A DNA stretch of 64,000 bases from Klebsormidium nitens (taxonomy: Eukaryota > Plantae > Klebsormidiophyceae), in NCBI GenBank assembly GCA_000708835.1, contig DF237162.1, forward strand, positions 62,001-126,000, given 5' to 3'. Every line of letters starts with the position of its first letter. Positions within the stretch are counted from its first letter, which is position 1. Shown here piece after piece: positions 27,840-40,400 of this stretch. The notes below the pieces were generated by a model. It searched no databases, was not told where the DNA came from, and saw nothing but the letters and a program-made list of their open reading frames with translations. The translations under genes were made by a program, and so were the position numbers.

Positions 27840-28708
27840 CCTGCGATAAGTGCAGCACTTGTGATGCAGGGAGGCTGCAGCGTTTGGAACAGAACGATTC
27901 TGGGGCCAACAGCAGGAGAAAGCGTAGCAACAAGGATGATCAACACTGGCCTGGCAAGTGCAGGAGAGACTCGAGAGCTAGCCTGGTGCAAAGCAATTAA
28001 AGCCGCATGAAGCCGCAAACAAAAAGTTCAACGTACAAAACTTGCCCCGCGAGCCGGGGCCTCCTGAGTCGCGCGTGGCGGCACGGGCGGCCGGGCGCGG
28101 CACCAGTGTCCGACGGAGGCGCTCGGACGAGTACCCGGGTCACTCATGAGCGCTGCGCCGCGCGCCGCAGCGACGCATCCGGACGCGTGCGCGGCCCGCG
28201 CCTCGGGCTTTCAAGTTGTGATGCGCGCGCTGCCCCCGCGCTGCCGGCACTCAGTCACGAGCTTATTACCGTGCATCAACCTGCTTGCAGCTTCCAGGTC
28301 GGCCACGTTGAGAACAAAGGTGATGCGTTTGATGGATACATACAGAATACTGGGCTGCTCAATCGCCTCTGATTCAGGCCTCGGCAGGCCAGCCATGTCA
28401 TGAGAGTACTGAACGATGTGATGATAGATGAGCGACATGATTGGACATGATTGGACTTGTCACAGTCGATAACGTGAGTGCACTTGAATGTTATGGAAGT
28501 GTTGAAGCCATCCACCTTGTCAAACAACTAATTGATAAGCAAAGAGCCTAGGAAGCGTTGGCATACTGAAGCTAGCTTAATGCATAAAGAATTGAGTTCG
28601 AGCTAGTGCCATGGTGGTCCGTACCTAGCTAATCTGGGTTATTGCGGCCCACGATCTTCGGTGAAGCTCAGAACCCCAGGCAGTTTGCCAAACACACTTC
28701 CTTCCCTT

Positions 28709-31700
28709 CTAGGAAGCAAAGCGCAATACCCTGCTCGGGGGCTCGCCCGGGCATCCAACCAACTCTCTTTTTGCATATACCCGCTGCACCCACCGGTCAC
28801 TCCCATCAAACACGGCAGTGTATGCAGTACGACCGTGCGCGGCTCGACTATTGTTTACAATAAGCAGATCTCCCGCATCCAACCACACCCCCACCGCTAA
28901 CTGCCGCGCCGTCTCTTTAAGCCTCGCATAGGCTTCCAAAAGCTGAGGGGAACCCTTAAGGCTCGCCGCCCCGACGGGAAGAATGTTCTCCTCAAAGATG
29001 TTCACAAGCGGGTTGGAATCGGGCCCGGTGATCAGGAACTTTTCTGCAACTGCGAAGCTGTTGTTGGCCGCGCTCCCAAAATTCCACCGCATCGGTTCAC
29101 TGCGGAGGATGCTTACGTCAGATGGTGACGTGGCAGCTAGAAGCGCGCGGAAATCGCAAACGGTGGTCTGGGCCTCCTTCCGGGGGTCACCCCGAACGCC
29201 AATGAGGAGGAGGGCGTCAGCTACAATCTGGAAGAGCAAGTGACCTTCGTTTGAGAAGGGTTGAAACCTCAAAAGTAGGAGCGAAAAGCGGAAACAGGGG
29301 CAGCCGTGGTGATTGATAAGGGATATTGTGCGGCTGGCTGGCTGGTATGGTTGTACTAAGGCTGAAGCGAAACTTAAAGAGGAACACACCTTCAAAGCAA
29401 CAGGTTCAAGTCACGACTGTTGCAAACAGGTGAAAAGACAAGTAAACGGAAACCGCAAGATGGGAGGCAGCTTTACTGATGCAATCAGTCTCTGGCTGTT
29501 TGCTAAAGAACAATCCACAGAAGCAGGGGCAGACATCGAAAACAGAGTTTGATCGGGTTCGGTTTTAGATCCGTCTGGTTGCAAAGAGACTACCTGAGGG
29601 CCAGGCAAACCACAGAGTCGACAGTGACTGGGTACAGTTTGTGGTTCGGCGATTGAGCAGAGTCACCAAAGGCAAAAAGGCGGACGGCCAAATTGTAGAT
29701 AGCCTACTGAGATGGACTTCGCAGGCAGCCACAAGCATAAAGGGCAAAGATTTAAGACCAAGGCTTTCCTGATTCAAAGAGAGCCTCAATCATTGTTTGT
29801 CGAAGGGTACTTCTTGGGCAAATTAACGATGCAAATGATGAAACACGTACAGCGGCAGCGAAGTCAGAACGAATATGGAACACACGACCTCCTTGGTTTG
29901 GGGGGGCACTCAGGAGGAAACGCCGGAATGTGTTATTTGGTACCCGGATTCAAGGTTGTTTAAATTTAAACAATGGTGTTATCAGGCTCGTTGAGATCGA
30001 GATTGCTTAGGGGAGCTCACAAATAGAGCTAGCCTGTCTGTCACGGTAAGAGCATCAGAGCTCCTGTGGCAATCTGTACAAACCTCGGACTATACTGCAA
30101 ATAGTTAGCCTCTAAGAAGACACCTTTTTGACTCTCCAGAAGAGTTCCAGAACCCATCTGAGAGAACAACCACCGATCCATATTCACTGGTTCTGCAAGC
30201 TACGAGCTAAACGAATGCTCCTACAAAGAACCCCTCTTTAAAACAACCACAAAGATTCTCTATTCTCCTGTCTCTAATAAGACCCAGCCACATCAATCAC
30301 CGCTTCATAAGAGGTTTTGATGATCGCATCTGATAAGTCAGACTCTAACAGGTAAGAGCTCTCAGCCAGCTGTACGTTTTAGTCTCACCTTTTCAGATGT
30401 GACTGCAAAATCTCGATGCAGATCCAGCACTTTCTTGCACCCGTCAAAGGCGACCTTATCTATTGAATTTGGGTTAGGAGTCAGGTCACACACTAACCCG
30501 CCAGCCATGCCCCGCTTAACCAAAGTCTGCGCAGCGGGAAAAGAGTGTTAAGGAAACTACCAGCAAATGCTGGTCTTACAGATATGTCCAGGGAGTCTCT
30601 TTTCAAACATTTCTTGTGTAGATGCCTGTCTTTTGAATACAGCTGATGCAGGATGAATCAACCCACATTAGAGAGAAGGGAGAGGAAGGCAGATGTTCGG
30701 GTGCAAAAATTTCAGCTCTCTTTCAATTCCGTGTACGGGCTGATTGGAATCCATGAACCATGAGGTTGCAACAACCTATTGCTAGGAGGGCAATCCCTCT
30801 ACAAGTGTCCTAGACAAACGCTCTTGAATATTCTTTTGACAGCACAAACCTACTCTGCGATGTTTCATAGATGGACCTTAAAATTGCTGGGCGGATTGGG
30901 GATCAACTGAAATTGTTACTCTCAGACCCCTGAGCAATACCCTTCGGGATCTAACCGTAATGCAACAAGATAGTATCTAATTGACACAATGTGAATTTAA
31001 GAACTTCAAGAAACCACCATCTTCTTCAGGCATCAATTTGCAAAGAGACTTCATTCTTCCGCAGAAGCCGCCTGAAAAGGAACATAGTTCTGACCAAAAA
31101 CAAACCCCCACCTGATAAGTCACCGGCTGCCCTATTAGTCTCGCCACTGCCAGCACCCATGCCTCGCTCATAACCTTCCCCGGCTTTGCGGACATGTTCC
31201 CAACCGCATATGGCGTCGGAGGGGGGTCGCTGTCCACAGGTAGTCCTCGGACGACCAGAACAGACGGGCCGCTGCTGTCGTGCAGAAAGGTTTCCAGTCT
31301 AGTTCGGACGTCCGCCGGCAGCCAAGAAACTGCCAGTTCGTGCGCCCTGGTGATGAACTCCTCGGACGCAGCGTCTCCGTCTGAACTGAGGGGAAGGCCG
31401 TCGAACCTCTCTTTGAACAGTGGGGGGAAAGGGGGAAGTGCCTGAGAGTTGATTTGAAGTTCTTTGACAAAGGGCGGGGGAGTTTCGGACGATTTGACAG
31501 GGGCACTCAGTGGTGTAGCAATGGCAGACGGTATTGAGAGCCCCTTCACTTTAGACCAACGTTTCAAAGGTTTTGTAGATATGAGTTGAAAGCCATTCCT
31601 AACAAATCGCAACTCACTTTCATTCGTTGAACTCTTATGACTGATCTCCAATCTTTTCAACCCCGCAGGCTTGTGTTGGCTGAACCCCAAGGTACTTGTT

Positions 31701-31804
31701 TGCAAAGAAAGTTGTTGGCTAGCAGGGAAACGCAAACCCTCATTCCAATTCCTACAAAAAAGCCCAGTGCAAAGATAGATTGCTTTTGCACCTGCCACCG
31801 ACAT
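28709..31804 (-). CDS. Fe(II)/2-oxoglutarate dioxygenase of the TauD/clavaminate synthase-like fold, with transit-peptide-like N-terminus
   Basis: Exons 31804-31112, 30526-30389, 29227-28709 (phase 0). Motifs: VLVVRGLPVD..PPTP, LDLHRD (HxD), ALLLIGVRGDP, LDAGDLLIVNNSRAAHGRTAY (distal His), DGSDRWVQRVY (2OG-binding Arg). Confidence 0.85.
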
Positions 31805-32560
31805 GGCGCCAGACACTTCTGAATACCTATCAAAAACAACTGTATCAAAGTATCTTATCTGCACAAAAGCTCCTACTTCAACTTGCACGGTAAGCTCCTA
31901 CTTGCACAAAGCCTCCTCTGGTCTGTGCCACATGAGAAAGCGTCAGGCTTTCAAGTTCTGGAAACTTGATGAGATAACTTGCCACCCTTGTAGTCATAGA
32001 GTCTTTTCCGAAGAGTCTGATCGATTCAATGAGCTGGGTCGCTCCCGTGTTTGTAACGCCTCACCCTTTGTTCCTAGAGCGTTACAAGTTGACGCGAACG
32101 AATTCCGTGAGGGCGTCGAACCATCTGCCGAATGGCAAGCCCTCCTTGCAGCTGCAGTTCTCTTGCCCTTGCTTGGATGAAATGGCAATCGATTGATCTT
32201 CAAGGGCGCCCTATTCATGTAACTTTAGGCGATACATCACAGGCTCACCAGCGCCACTTCTCTCAGTGAAGTCAGCCAGGTAAGTGATCCAGGCGAAGCT
32301 TGAAGCTATTGCCTTCCAACCCTGCCCCCATGACTGTCGTTGCGAGCCTCACGATCTGCAGTGAGGAGCTTTTTGGCAGCAGTCCGCAGCTTTTGTTAAG
32401 ATTCCTGGTTCAATGGTTGTGCCATCAAGTTGAACTGGGGAAGCCTTTTGGAAGATTCAGGACTTAGTGCCACCATCGTTTTGCATAGCTGCCCCTCCTG
32501 GCTTCGTTTCCTGGCTTTTGTTATCAGAATTTACGCTTGATTGCAGGTCAATCCCAGGCT

Positions 32561-35148
32561 ATGGCGTCAATTACTCTGGCAAGCGCGCTTTCAGGAGCAG
32601 TGGGATTAAAGTCTGCCGTGCTCACAACTTCTTCACAAGTAAGTCCGATGGTACAAAAGCAGCAAGAAGCCCCTGGCTCTGAGAACTCTCAGCAATGATG
32701 GCAGCTTCTATTAACAGTCTCCAACCAATCACCTCCTTGATTGCCTCAAGCATCCCGTCACAGTTGCTTTGTTCACTCCGTCCATCGCCATGCTGATTTT
32801 GTGCTGGATTACCTTTTGTCGAGCTCGCTTGATCTCCCTTTCAACGCACTCATTCAGATCCATCAATGTGAACCTGATAGTCCTTTTCTGGCAGAACCGG
32901 CATCCCACGTCAAGAGCTCCCGCTAGCCTGCGGTCACCCCAGCGCATAGCTCCTACCCCCGCTAGGCAACTTTACAATGACAGGAGTTCCGCTCGGAACA
33001 AGATCGTCGCCAGGGCGGTAAGCCTCTTCAATATGGTTGATGCTGTTCTTATACGTTGGTCTGTTGATCGTTTAGGTTCCAATTACGAAAGGAATTCCCC
33101 TTATTATGTGATTAGAGATTAAAGACTGTGAGCTTATATCTTCCTGCTCTCAAAGAAAGATTTGCGGAAGCAGGTCAGCGCTTCCGAATGCTTCAGGTGT
33201 TTGCCTTCCCGATGTGGTTAGAAGCTGAAGACTGTGAGCTTATGAGTTCGCGTCCTCAAAGAAAGATACGTGGAATCAGATCTTTTCGAGAGTAGAGAAC
33301 CAGGCAGCAGAATACTGACTGAACATCTCTGTCAGACCACTGTTGAAGATGCATGGGTCTACTTTTTATTGCCTGCAACGTGGTTCGCATAATGTATCCG
33401 ATACTGATCAGGACCGTGAAACACTCAAAATGGTCATGCAGAAATACTTCTCTTGAATGACAGCTGGTTTGCCAAAACGAGATTTTTTGTCAGCTGATTC
33501 GAAGGGCTATCACGCTTCTCTGATGCTTCTTGGGACCTTGAGGTTCTTTTGGCGCTTGCCACAGGTGTTAGTTGACTGAAAGAGCCAGGCACCTGGATGG
33601 GCATACAAGCTGACAACACCGAAAAGTCTGCAGGGCCTTTTGTATCCCAAAGTCCTTATTAGCAGGGGAAGCCTGCTGGCCTCTAAGCTCAATACAGTCT
33701 GTGAAAGCTCTTGCTCTGTGCCGACCCTATTAGTATCGCCAGCCTTAGTTGGAAGTCGGATAACCAACTTCGTTTGAAGTCGGGTTAACCAAGTCTGTTG
33801 GAAGTTGGACAAATACCAACTTTATTGGAAGTTGGGTTAAGCGATTTTGTTGGACGTTGGGGTAACCAACTGCCAGCACAACGCTGTGGTATAAGCGCCC
33901 CACTTACAGCCAGTAACCACGTTGATTGCTGTCAGCGAACTATGGACACCGTCTTCATAAGACTGCTTCATACAGGAAGTTCGGATTCTAATGCATAACT
34001 CAATCGGATCGGCTCCAATCTAATGACACGGTGACAGAGGCAGCCACTCACGCGCGACAGTTGACTATTTTGTGCAGGCTTCTGATGCTACGCTTACCGA
34101 CGTGCGGAGGATCATCGCCACGCAGCTAGCAAAAGACCCTGCTGACGTTCCGGCGGACTCGAAGTTCGTGGACCTGGGGGCGGACTCTTTGGACACTGTG
34201 AGTGACTTTACAACAAGATGTTCCAGCTCGGCAGATGCTGTATTAACCAATCCCACTTCCTTTTGACGGGGAACCCAAGCCTTGCGGAGTGTAAGCGATC
34301 AATTTTGGAAGCGTTTGAAAGTCGAGAGCACGAAAAGGAGGAGGAGAAGGCCCGTAAGATCAGAAGAGAAGCGATGGATGAGGCGTTGCACGGTGCAGGT
34401 TTCAAGCAACCTTTTACAGGGACCTTCCTAGCGACCATTTAACGACGACATGGGAACACGGTGTTGAGGATGGGGTTACTAACTAGACACTCAGGGAACT
34501 CCTCAATTCGACCCTCTTGCGAGTTGTCTGGAATCCGAGCGAAAAGGATGTGGCAATCCCGAAGTTCATGATGTAAGCACATGATATACGGATCTGAGAG
34601 GAGAGGGTCTGCGAGAATCAAGCAGTGTGTTAGCGAAGAATCAGACGGTTCGGCCTTGCTTTTGGCTGGGGTACGGATCCAGGTAGCACTGTAAACACTC
34701 ACGATTTGTCAAAAGGTGGGAATCATGTCGCAGGCATGCATACAACAAAGCTTGACCCACTTACCTTGTCGCAAGTCAAAGGTCGTCTGGTCTTACTGTC
34801 TGATTTATTGGGCCTTGACTCGTGCTGCCCAGATCTGGCGCTCAAGATCGTTTGGTCCCCTAAAGCGAGCAAAAGTTTTTTGCAAAACTGCTGAGATGTT
34901 CTGCGGATGAGGAGCAAGGTCCCCAAACGTCTGAAAGCGCTAGGTTTCGGGGCAGAATCTGAACTGAAAGTGGAGCGGAATCTGAACGGAACCTTGGGCG
35001 CGGACTCTAACCGGAAACCTCTGCACAGGTCGAGATCATGATGGCCCTCGAGGAGGCGTTCGACATCAGCCTGGATGAGGAGAAGGCGGAGAAGATCACG
35101 ACGGTGCGGCAAGCGGCGAACTTCATTGAGGAGCAACTCTCAGACTGA
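32561..35148 (+). CDS. ACP: Plastid acyl carrier protein
   Basis: Exons 32561-32638, 32895-33017, 34078-34197, 35029-35148, all phase 0. Phosphopantetheine motif DLGADSLDT|[11 protein letters not shown]; transit peptide [12 protein letters not shown]. Probable 5'UTR intron ~32280-32546. Confidence 0.95.
33122..33282 (+). repeat. ~50-bp imperfect direct repeat in ACP intron 2
   Basis: aagactgtgagcttat...ctcaaagaaagat..g(c/t)ggaa.cag at ~33122-33174 and ~33228-33280. Confidence 0.75.
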
Positions 35149-36103
35149 GGGAATGCCCCGCTTCGTCTACCTAAGGTGAGCGCTGAAGGGATGGATCATC
35201 CGCAACTTGGTATGCTTTGTCTCGAAATTGGCGCCTTATGCTGGTTCTGCAATATGGCTTTGAGGAAGCGTGTCGATCACTTATTGCAGCTTCGGTCACC
35301 TGGCCGCCTGATCCGAATCCAAAGTCCAAACGACAGGAGCCTCAGAACTTTTCTCGAGCTGCAAAACTTGGGCCGTTCAATGAGAGGCATCCGGGTCATC
35401 GCAAGGTCCAAAGTTGCGCATCGGGCAAAGTTGTGCGTTCGGCTCAAATAGGAGTCTGGTCAGGCGGCGAGGTTTAACCGACTGTGCAGTAAGCGCCTGC
35501 AACCGCGCATCGGCGTCCCTGAGCACAGAGTCTTGGCGCCGGTCTTGGGCAGCGAGATTGGATCTTGGGGTTCGCCGTAAATCGATGAGATGCGACAATC
35601 GTGAGTTGATATGTTCTCGGTTTTTGGTCGTTCTACTTGCAGTTCAAAGCGATGCCGAACGGCACTGCTAAGTGGAGGCCGCTATGTGGTGGCCGCAACA
35701 TTTGGTACTTCTCTAGGAAGCGATTTATGAAACTGTATGGTACTCGTTACCAGAAGAAAGGATCATAATCAATGATCGGAAAGCGCGCCGTGCTAATCTT
35801 CTATCAAACTTTATCGCGGGTACTTGCGGTATTTTGCTCGTCAAAGCACCAAAGCCATGTTAACACCAGTAAGCTTGTAAGACCATCAGCTGTACTAAGG
35901 CCTTAGACATTTGTTCTAAAGATACTCCCTAGGGAGAAGGAGGACACCCTACATGATGTACAGTGATAGATATGATCATGTCAGCTGTAGGAGCTCGCAA
36001 AACAGTCTTATTAAGTTACACAAGGATTGCCAGCTGCCAAATTTGGGTGCCATGCGTGAAATCTGAGTTGTTTGAAGCTGGTAAGCAGCAATAGTGTAGT
36101 AGA

Positions 36104-36461
36104 GTATGTAATTTCACTAGTTTCAACTGCAACGTAGGCATGACATCACCGGTACCTACGGTGAACATTGTGGCGGTACGCTACCATGTCGAAAATGGTC
36201 GGTACCGTGCAGTGTTCAACCGGGCACTCGATTGCAGGGAGACGGAGTGCTCGGGGGATGTTAGGGTTACAAGAGGGCAAGTGACCGACTGATCTTGGTG
36301 GGGTTAGTTGGGGGGTTAGGGTGGGTACGGGCGGGCTATGGCGGAACGCCTTTGGGTATCGTCATAACCCGGTTACTGCTCTCAGTTTGACCTTAGGGTT
36401 TTAGGTTTGGCAGGTCCTTACCTATGATGACGTTGCAGTTGAAACTAGTGAAGTTACATAC
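36104..36461. mobile_element. Non-autonomous terminal-inverted-repeat element (MITE-like), ~360 bp
   Basis: gtatgtaatttcactagtttcaactgcaacgt (36104-36135) is the reverse complement of acgttgcagttgaaactagtgaagttacatac (36430-36461) with one mismatch. The interior has no coding capacity. No clear target-site duplication seen. Confidence 0.65.
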
Positions 36462-37444
36462 CTACGTCCAATAGTGCCTGGCATATCCAAAAATTGCAGG
36501 TGGGCTGAGTCTATCTATGAAGGTTAACTAAGATGGGCCCGGTTATATATACTAGTCCGAAAAATCAGCGCCCGTGCTGGTACCCGTGTTCACATGCAAG
36601 CTTACATGTACGTTGCATGATTCATGCAGGCGGCCACGGATGCATGACTCGCGCGCACATGTGCATATATTCTAGTCAACGAAGACTGGCATGTATGTAT
36701 ATTATGGCGGCACTTCCAAGTTCAAGATCATCATCATTGCTTGTAATGGGCGGCCCGCGTCCAGTGACGACGGTTGCATATCTGCACATATATATGCATA
36801 GATCAGTGTTTATAGAGCTTAATTGACGGGATGCAAGAAACATCTATACCGAGCGGATCACTCACTGCCAACCAGCACGCAGTGATTGCACAATTGTCCA
36901 CTTATATGCCAGCCAAATGACACCTCAGTTTCGATACGCACGCGCAAATCTAAAACGCCTGGAGTTTTAGCATGATCGGAGAGGCTCGGAGCCGCTGCAT
37001 ACACGGACTGAGAGCATTGCAAACAAAGTTGCAGAACAGAAGCCACCTCATAACTTCCTTCGAGCCTGCATGGTGCCTGTACTGTTCCACAGCTCATGGC
37101 TGGTGCAAGTCGATCCATGACGCGTGCATGCCTGGTTCTGATGCACAACCTTTTGCTAGCTTAACATATTATGGTGCTTCAACGCGGCTGAGGATAAGTG
37201 GTGACGAGCAGGCTCTCGGCCAAAAGATGGAAAATACTGTCTCACGTGTCATGCCCCAGTGACTGCAGTATCTTTCCTGAGTTCTACACAGTTGTTTTTT
37301 CAGTACCGGTTGCCTTGCATATTATGCTAGCGTCGCATGCTTTTTCCCTCATCTTCTTCTAGCCGCATGCTAGCCTTGGACGTAAAAAAAATCTCTGATC
37401 TCGCGATGAGACCACAACTAATCTGAGGTGGAGCCAAGCAGTGA

Positions 37445-40400
37445 TCAAGACGACTTGGTGATGTTCTCCGCGTTCAGAATCTCAATCCAGTAACCGTCAG
37501 GATCTTTAATGAATGCGAGCCCTTTCATTGAACCTGGTCGAGAGAAAACAGACAGGGATCAAAGAGGCATCTTCTGACCAACTCTTCACCCGTATCGTGG
37601 TCAAAACGCTTGAGCGGTTATGTATGCAGAGACCATCGGTTTGAAAACCAGTATTCACAAAAGCAAGCGCATTTCCAAGGTCTTAGAGAAGCGCAAGAGA
37701 ACCGCAGAAAGATCGGAAAGAACGGGTTTCAAGAATAAGTCAGTGATTTTGGAGCATATTGCTCCTGTGCGCCAGTCAGGTGCAAGACAGTGCGGGAATT
37801 AAGAAATGCCAGTCGCCCGACAAAACGCGGTCTGTCAGAAGCAGTAATTTTGGAGACGTATGGGGCGTCGCACAAAACTCGAGCCGGGGGATGCGATGCG
37901 GGACGGTTTCCGGCGGATCCCGAAAGAGCGAGAAGCTGTCAGCATTCGCAAGATACCAGCCACGGGACGGTGCACAGCCTTTCGACAGATCTGGAAGAGG
38001 CGGGCGCCAGAAAAGAGAAAGGCGGAAAATGGGCACGTGTTGGGACCGACCGGCCAAGCTTGCCCGTCTTGTTTTGCCGAGCCAGAAACAAAAAATGAAA
38101 CCTTTCAACGAAAAGCTCTTCAACAGAAATGTCTCCAGAAACGCTGAAAGCCCCGACGAAAGGACATAAAGAGGGCGGGTTGTTGCTTGCGCACACCTCG
38201 ACAGACTTCATGCCGAGCCTATCAGAGCCCTTGCGCCGAAGCGGCTTTTGACCAATACGGCGCCAACAAAGAATGAAGGAACGGAACAAGAAACGACCGA
38301 CAGGACGAAGCGCAGAGGAATGTGAAAACTTATAAGCTACTGCGCGTATCCTTGCGGCCCAGCAGTCGGGCCTCTTCGAACCCGCTTCTCAAAGCACTCG
38401 CGCCGAGACCGTTTCCAAACAACCCTGGCGCTCAAGTGGAAAGAAGAGATGATGACAGTAAGTGACAATTGGAATTAAAACTGAAAGCGATTGCGAACCA
38501 TGTGCTTGCGGCTCACCGCCTTCCGGCGTCTTCTCAAAGTCCTCTCCTCGCTTCTCAAATCGCTCGCGCCGGGACCAATTCCGACGACGTCGGCGCTATA
38601 AAAGAAATAAAGAGATGGCATCGAATCACCAAAAACAAACCAAAGCAACTGCGAAACGTATGCTTCCGGCTCACCGCCGTCGGGCGTCTTGACAAACTCG
38701 ACGCCCAGCTTCTCAAACCGCTCGCATGCCTTGTACACGTCAGGCACGGACAGCCCGATGTGGCCGTAGCCCTTGGGGTCGGTGTTGCCATTGTGGTAGC
38801 CCTTGAAGTTGGGGTCGCTCTCGGTGCCCCAGTTGCTGCACAAAGAAGAATACAAATTATCTTAGAATTCAGAAGAATGGTGAGAGGCAGAGGAACAGTC
38901 GGAAGCGTACTGAAAGACTGATGTGATAGGCCCTTAAAGGCCCAAAAATGGAGACGTTTCGACACCTTGAGGTCCGTGTTGCCGTTGTGGTAGCCTCTAA
39001 AGTTGGGGTCGCTCTCAGTACCCCAGTTGCTGCACCAAGAAGAGCAAGAGTATTGGAGAGTTATTGAGCAGCAGAGTAACAGTCGGAAGAGTATAGAAAG
39101 AATGTTGTGGTAGCCCTTGAAGTTGGGGTCGCTCTCAGTACCCCACTTGCTGCACAAATAAGGGAACAAACGTTCTAGAAGATGAAATTTGTCGAGCAGG
39201 AGAGTAAGAGTCAGAAGATTATTGAAAGACTGTTGTGGTAGCCCTTGAAGTTGGGGTCGCTCTCAGTGCCCCAGTTGCTGCACCAAGAAGGAGCTCAGGA
39301 AAGTCGAAATAAGAGTACTCCAGTGTCCAGTCTAGACTACTTTAGATACGAGCGGCGATGTGATAGGCCCTTGGAGTTGGCGACGCTTTCGGGTCCCCAA
39401 TTGCTGCACAAAGAATCGCACGAACGTACTTTAGAACTCGACGAGTTGTTGAGCAGCAGATTGACAGTCGGAAGAGTACTGAAGGCTGACGCGATAGGCC
39501 CTTGAAGGCCCAGAAATCGAAATGCTTTGACACCTTGAAAGCAATATGGAAACGGCACGACCAATGATTCGATCGAAGATAAAGAGCCACGTTGACATGA
39601 CGTTCTCCAAGACTGCTACTGCTACCGAACATCGATCAACGAGAAGTCAGGCACTTGAAACGTACAGAGGTATTCACGTAAGAAGCCGTACCCGCTTGCA
39701 AGCCGTTACAATGAACTTTTGAAAGTGTTCTTAGTCCCTTTTGCTGCGACTGCGATTCAAAAACAACAATTCAAAGGTTCAGATAAACCAACAACGAATG
39801 AAAGCAGAAAACGTCCTGCGTACAGTGGTGTAAGAAGGAAATAGACAGCGACTAGCAGTGCGGATTGCGTCACTCACTGCGTCAGCTCAACGGTGCCCCT
39901 CTGCCTGAACGTCCAGATGCCTCTTTGGACCGGGTCGTCGGGAATCTCCTTAGGGTCCTGCACGCACACTCTGTATGTTTCATGACGAGGGCAAGGAATG
40001 GCCGTTGTCTTCGGCCGTCGTCTAATTGAAGAGACCAAGGAATGGCCATTGACTTCGGCCGTCATCTCTTTCAAGAGAGCCATCAATGGCCGTTGACATT
40101 GGACATCGTCTGTTTGAAGAGGGCAAGAGATGGCCGTTGACATTGGACATCGTCTGTTTGAAGAGGGCAAGAGATGGCCGTTGATTTCGGCCATCGTCTC
40201 CATGTCTTGGTTCACGGTCCTCGATGCTCTTCGAACTCAGGAGCTTGTAGGACCTGCTTCTGGTTGGTGTCGGAATCTCCACACGTTTCGGCAGCTCGAG
40301 GAGCTCAGAAGAAGTGATTTTCTGATAAGTACTTTTAGTTCGGCGGAAGCAACATCAACACTTGGGACCTTTGAGAGTTGTCCCGCAAATCGAACTCTAA

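Noticed and set aside
32695-32800. ATG ATG at 32695 as the ACP start
   Set aside because: It hits a stop without a good in-phase donor. Exon 32561-32638 has a perfect gtaagt donor and a typical transit peptide.
38835-39410. Repeat-spacer-like arrangement resembling a CRISPR array
   Set aside because: The repeats are diverged copies of a glyoxalase I coding exon with its splice acceptor. The context is eukaryotic and no cas genes are present.
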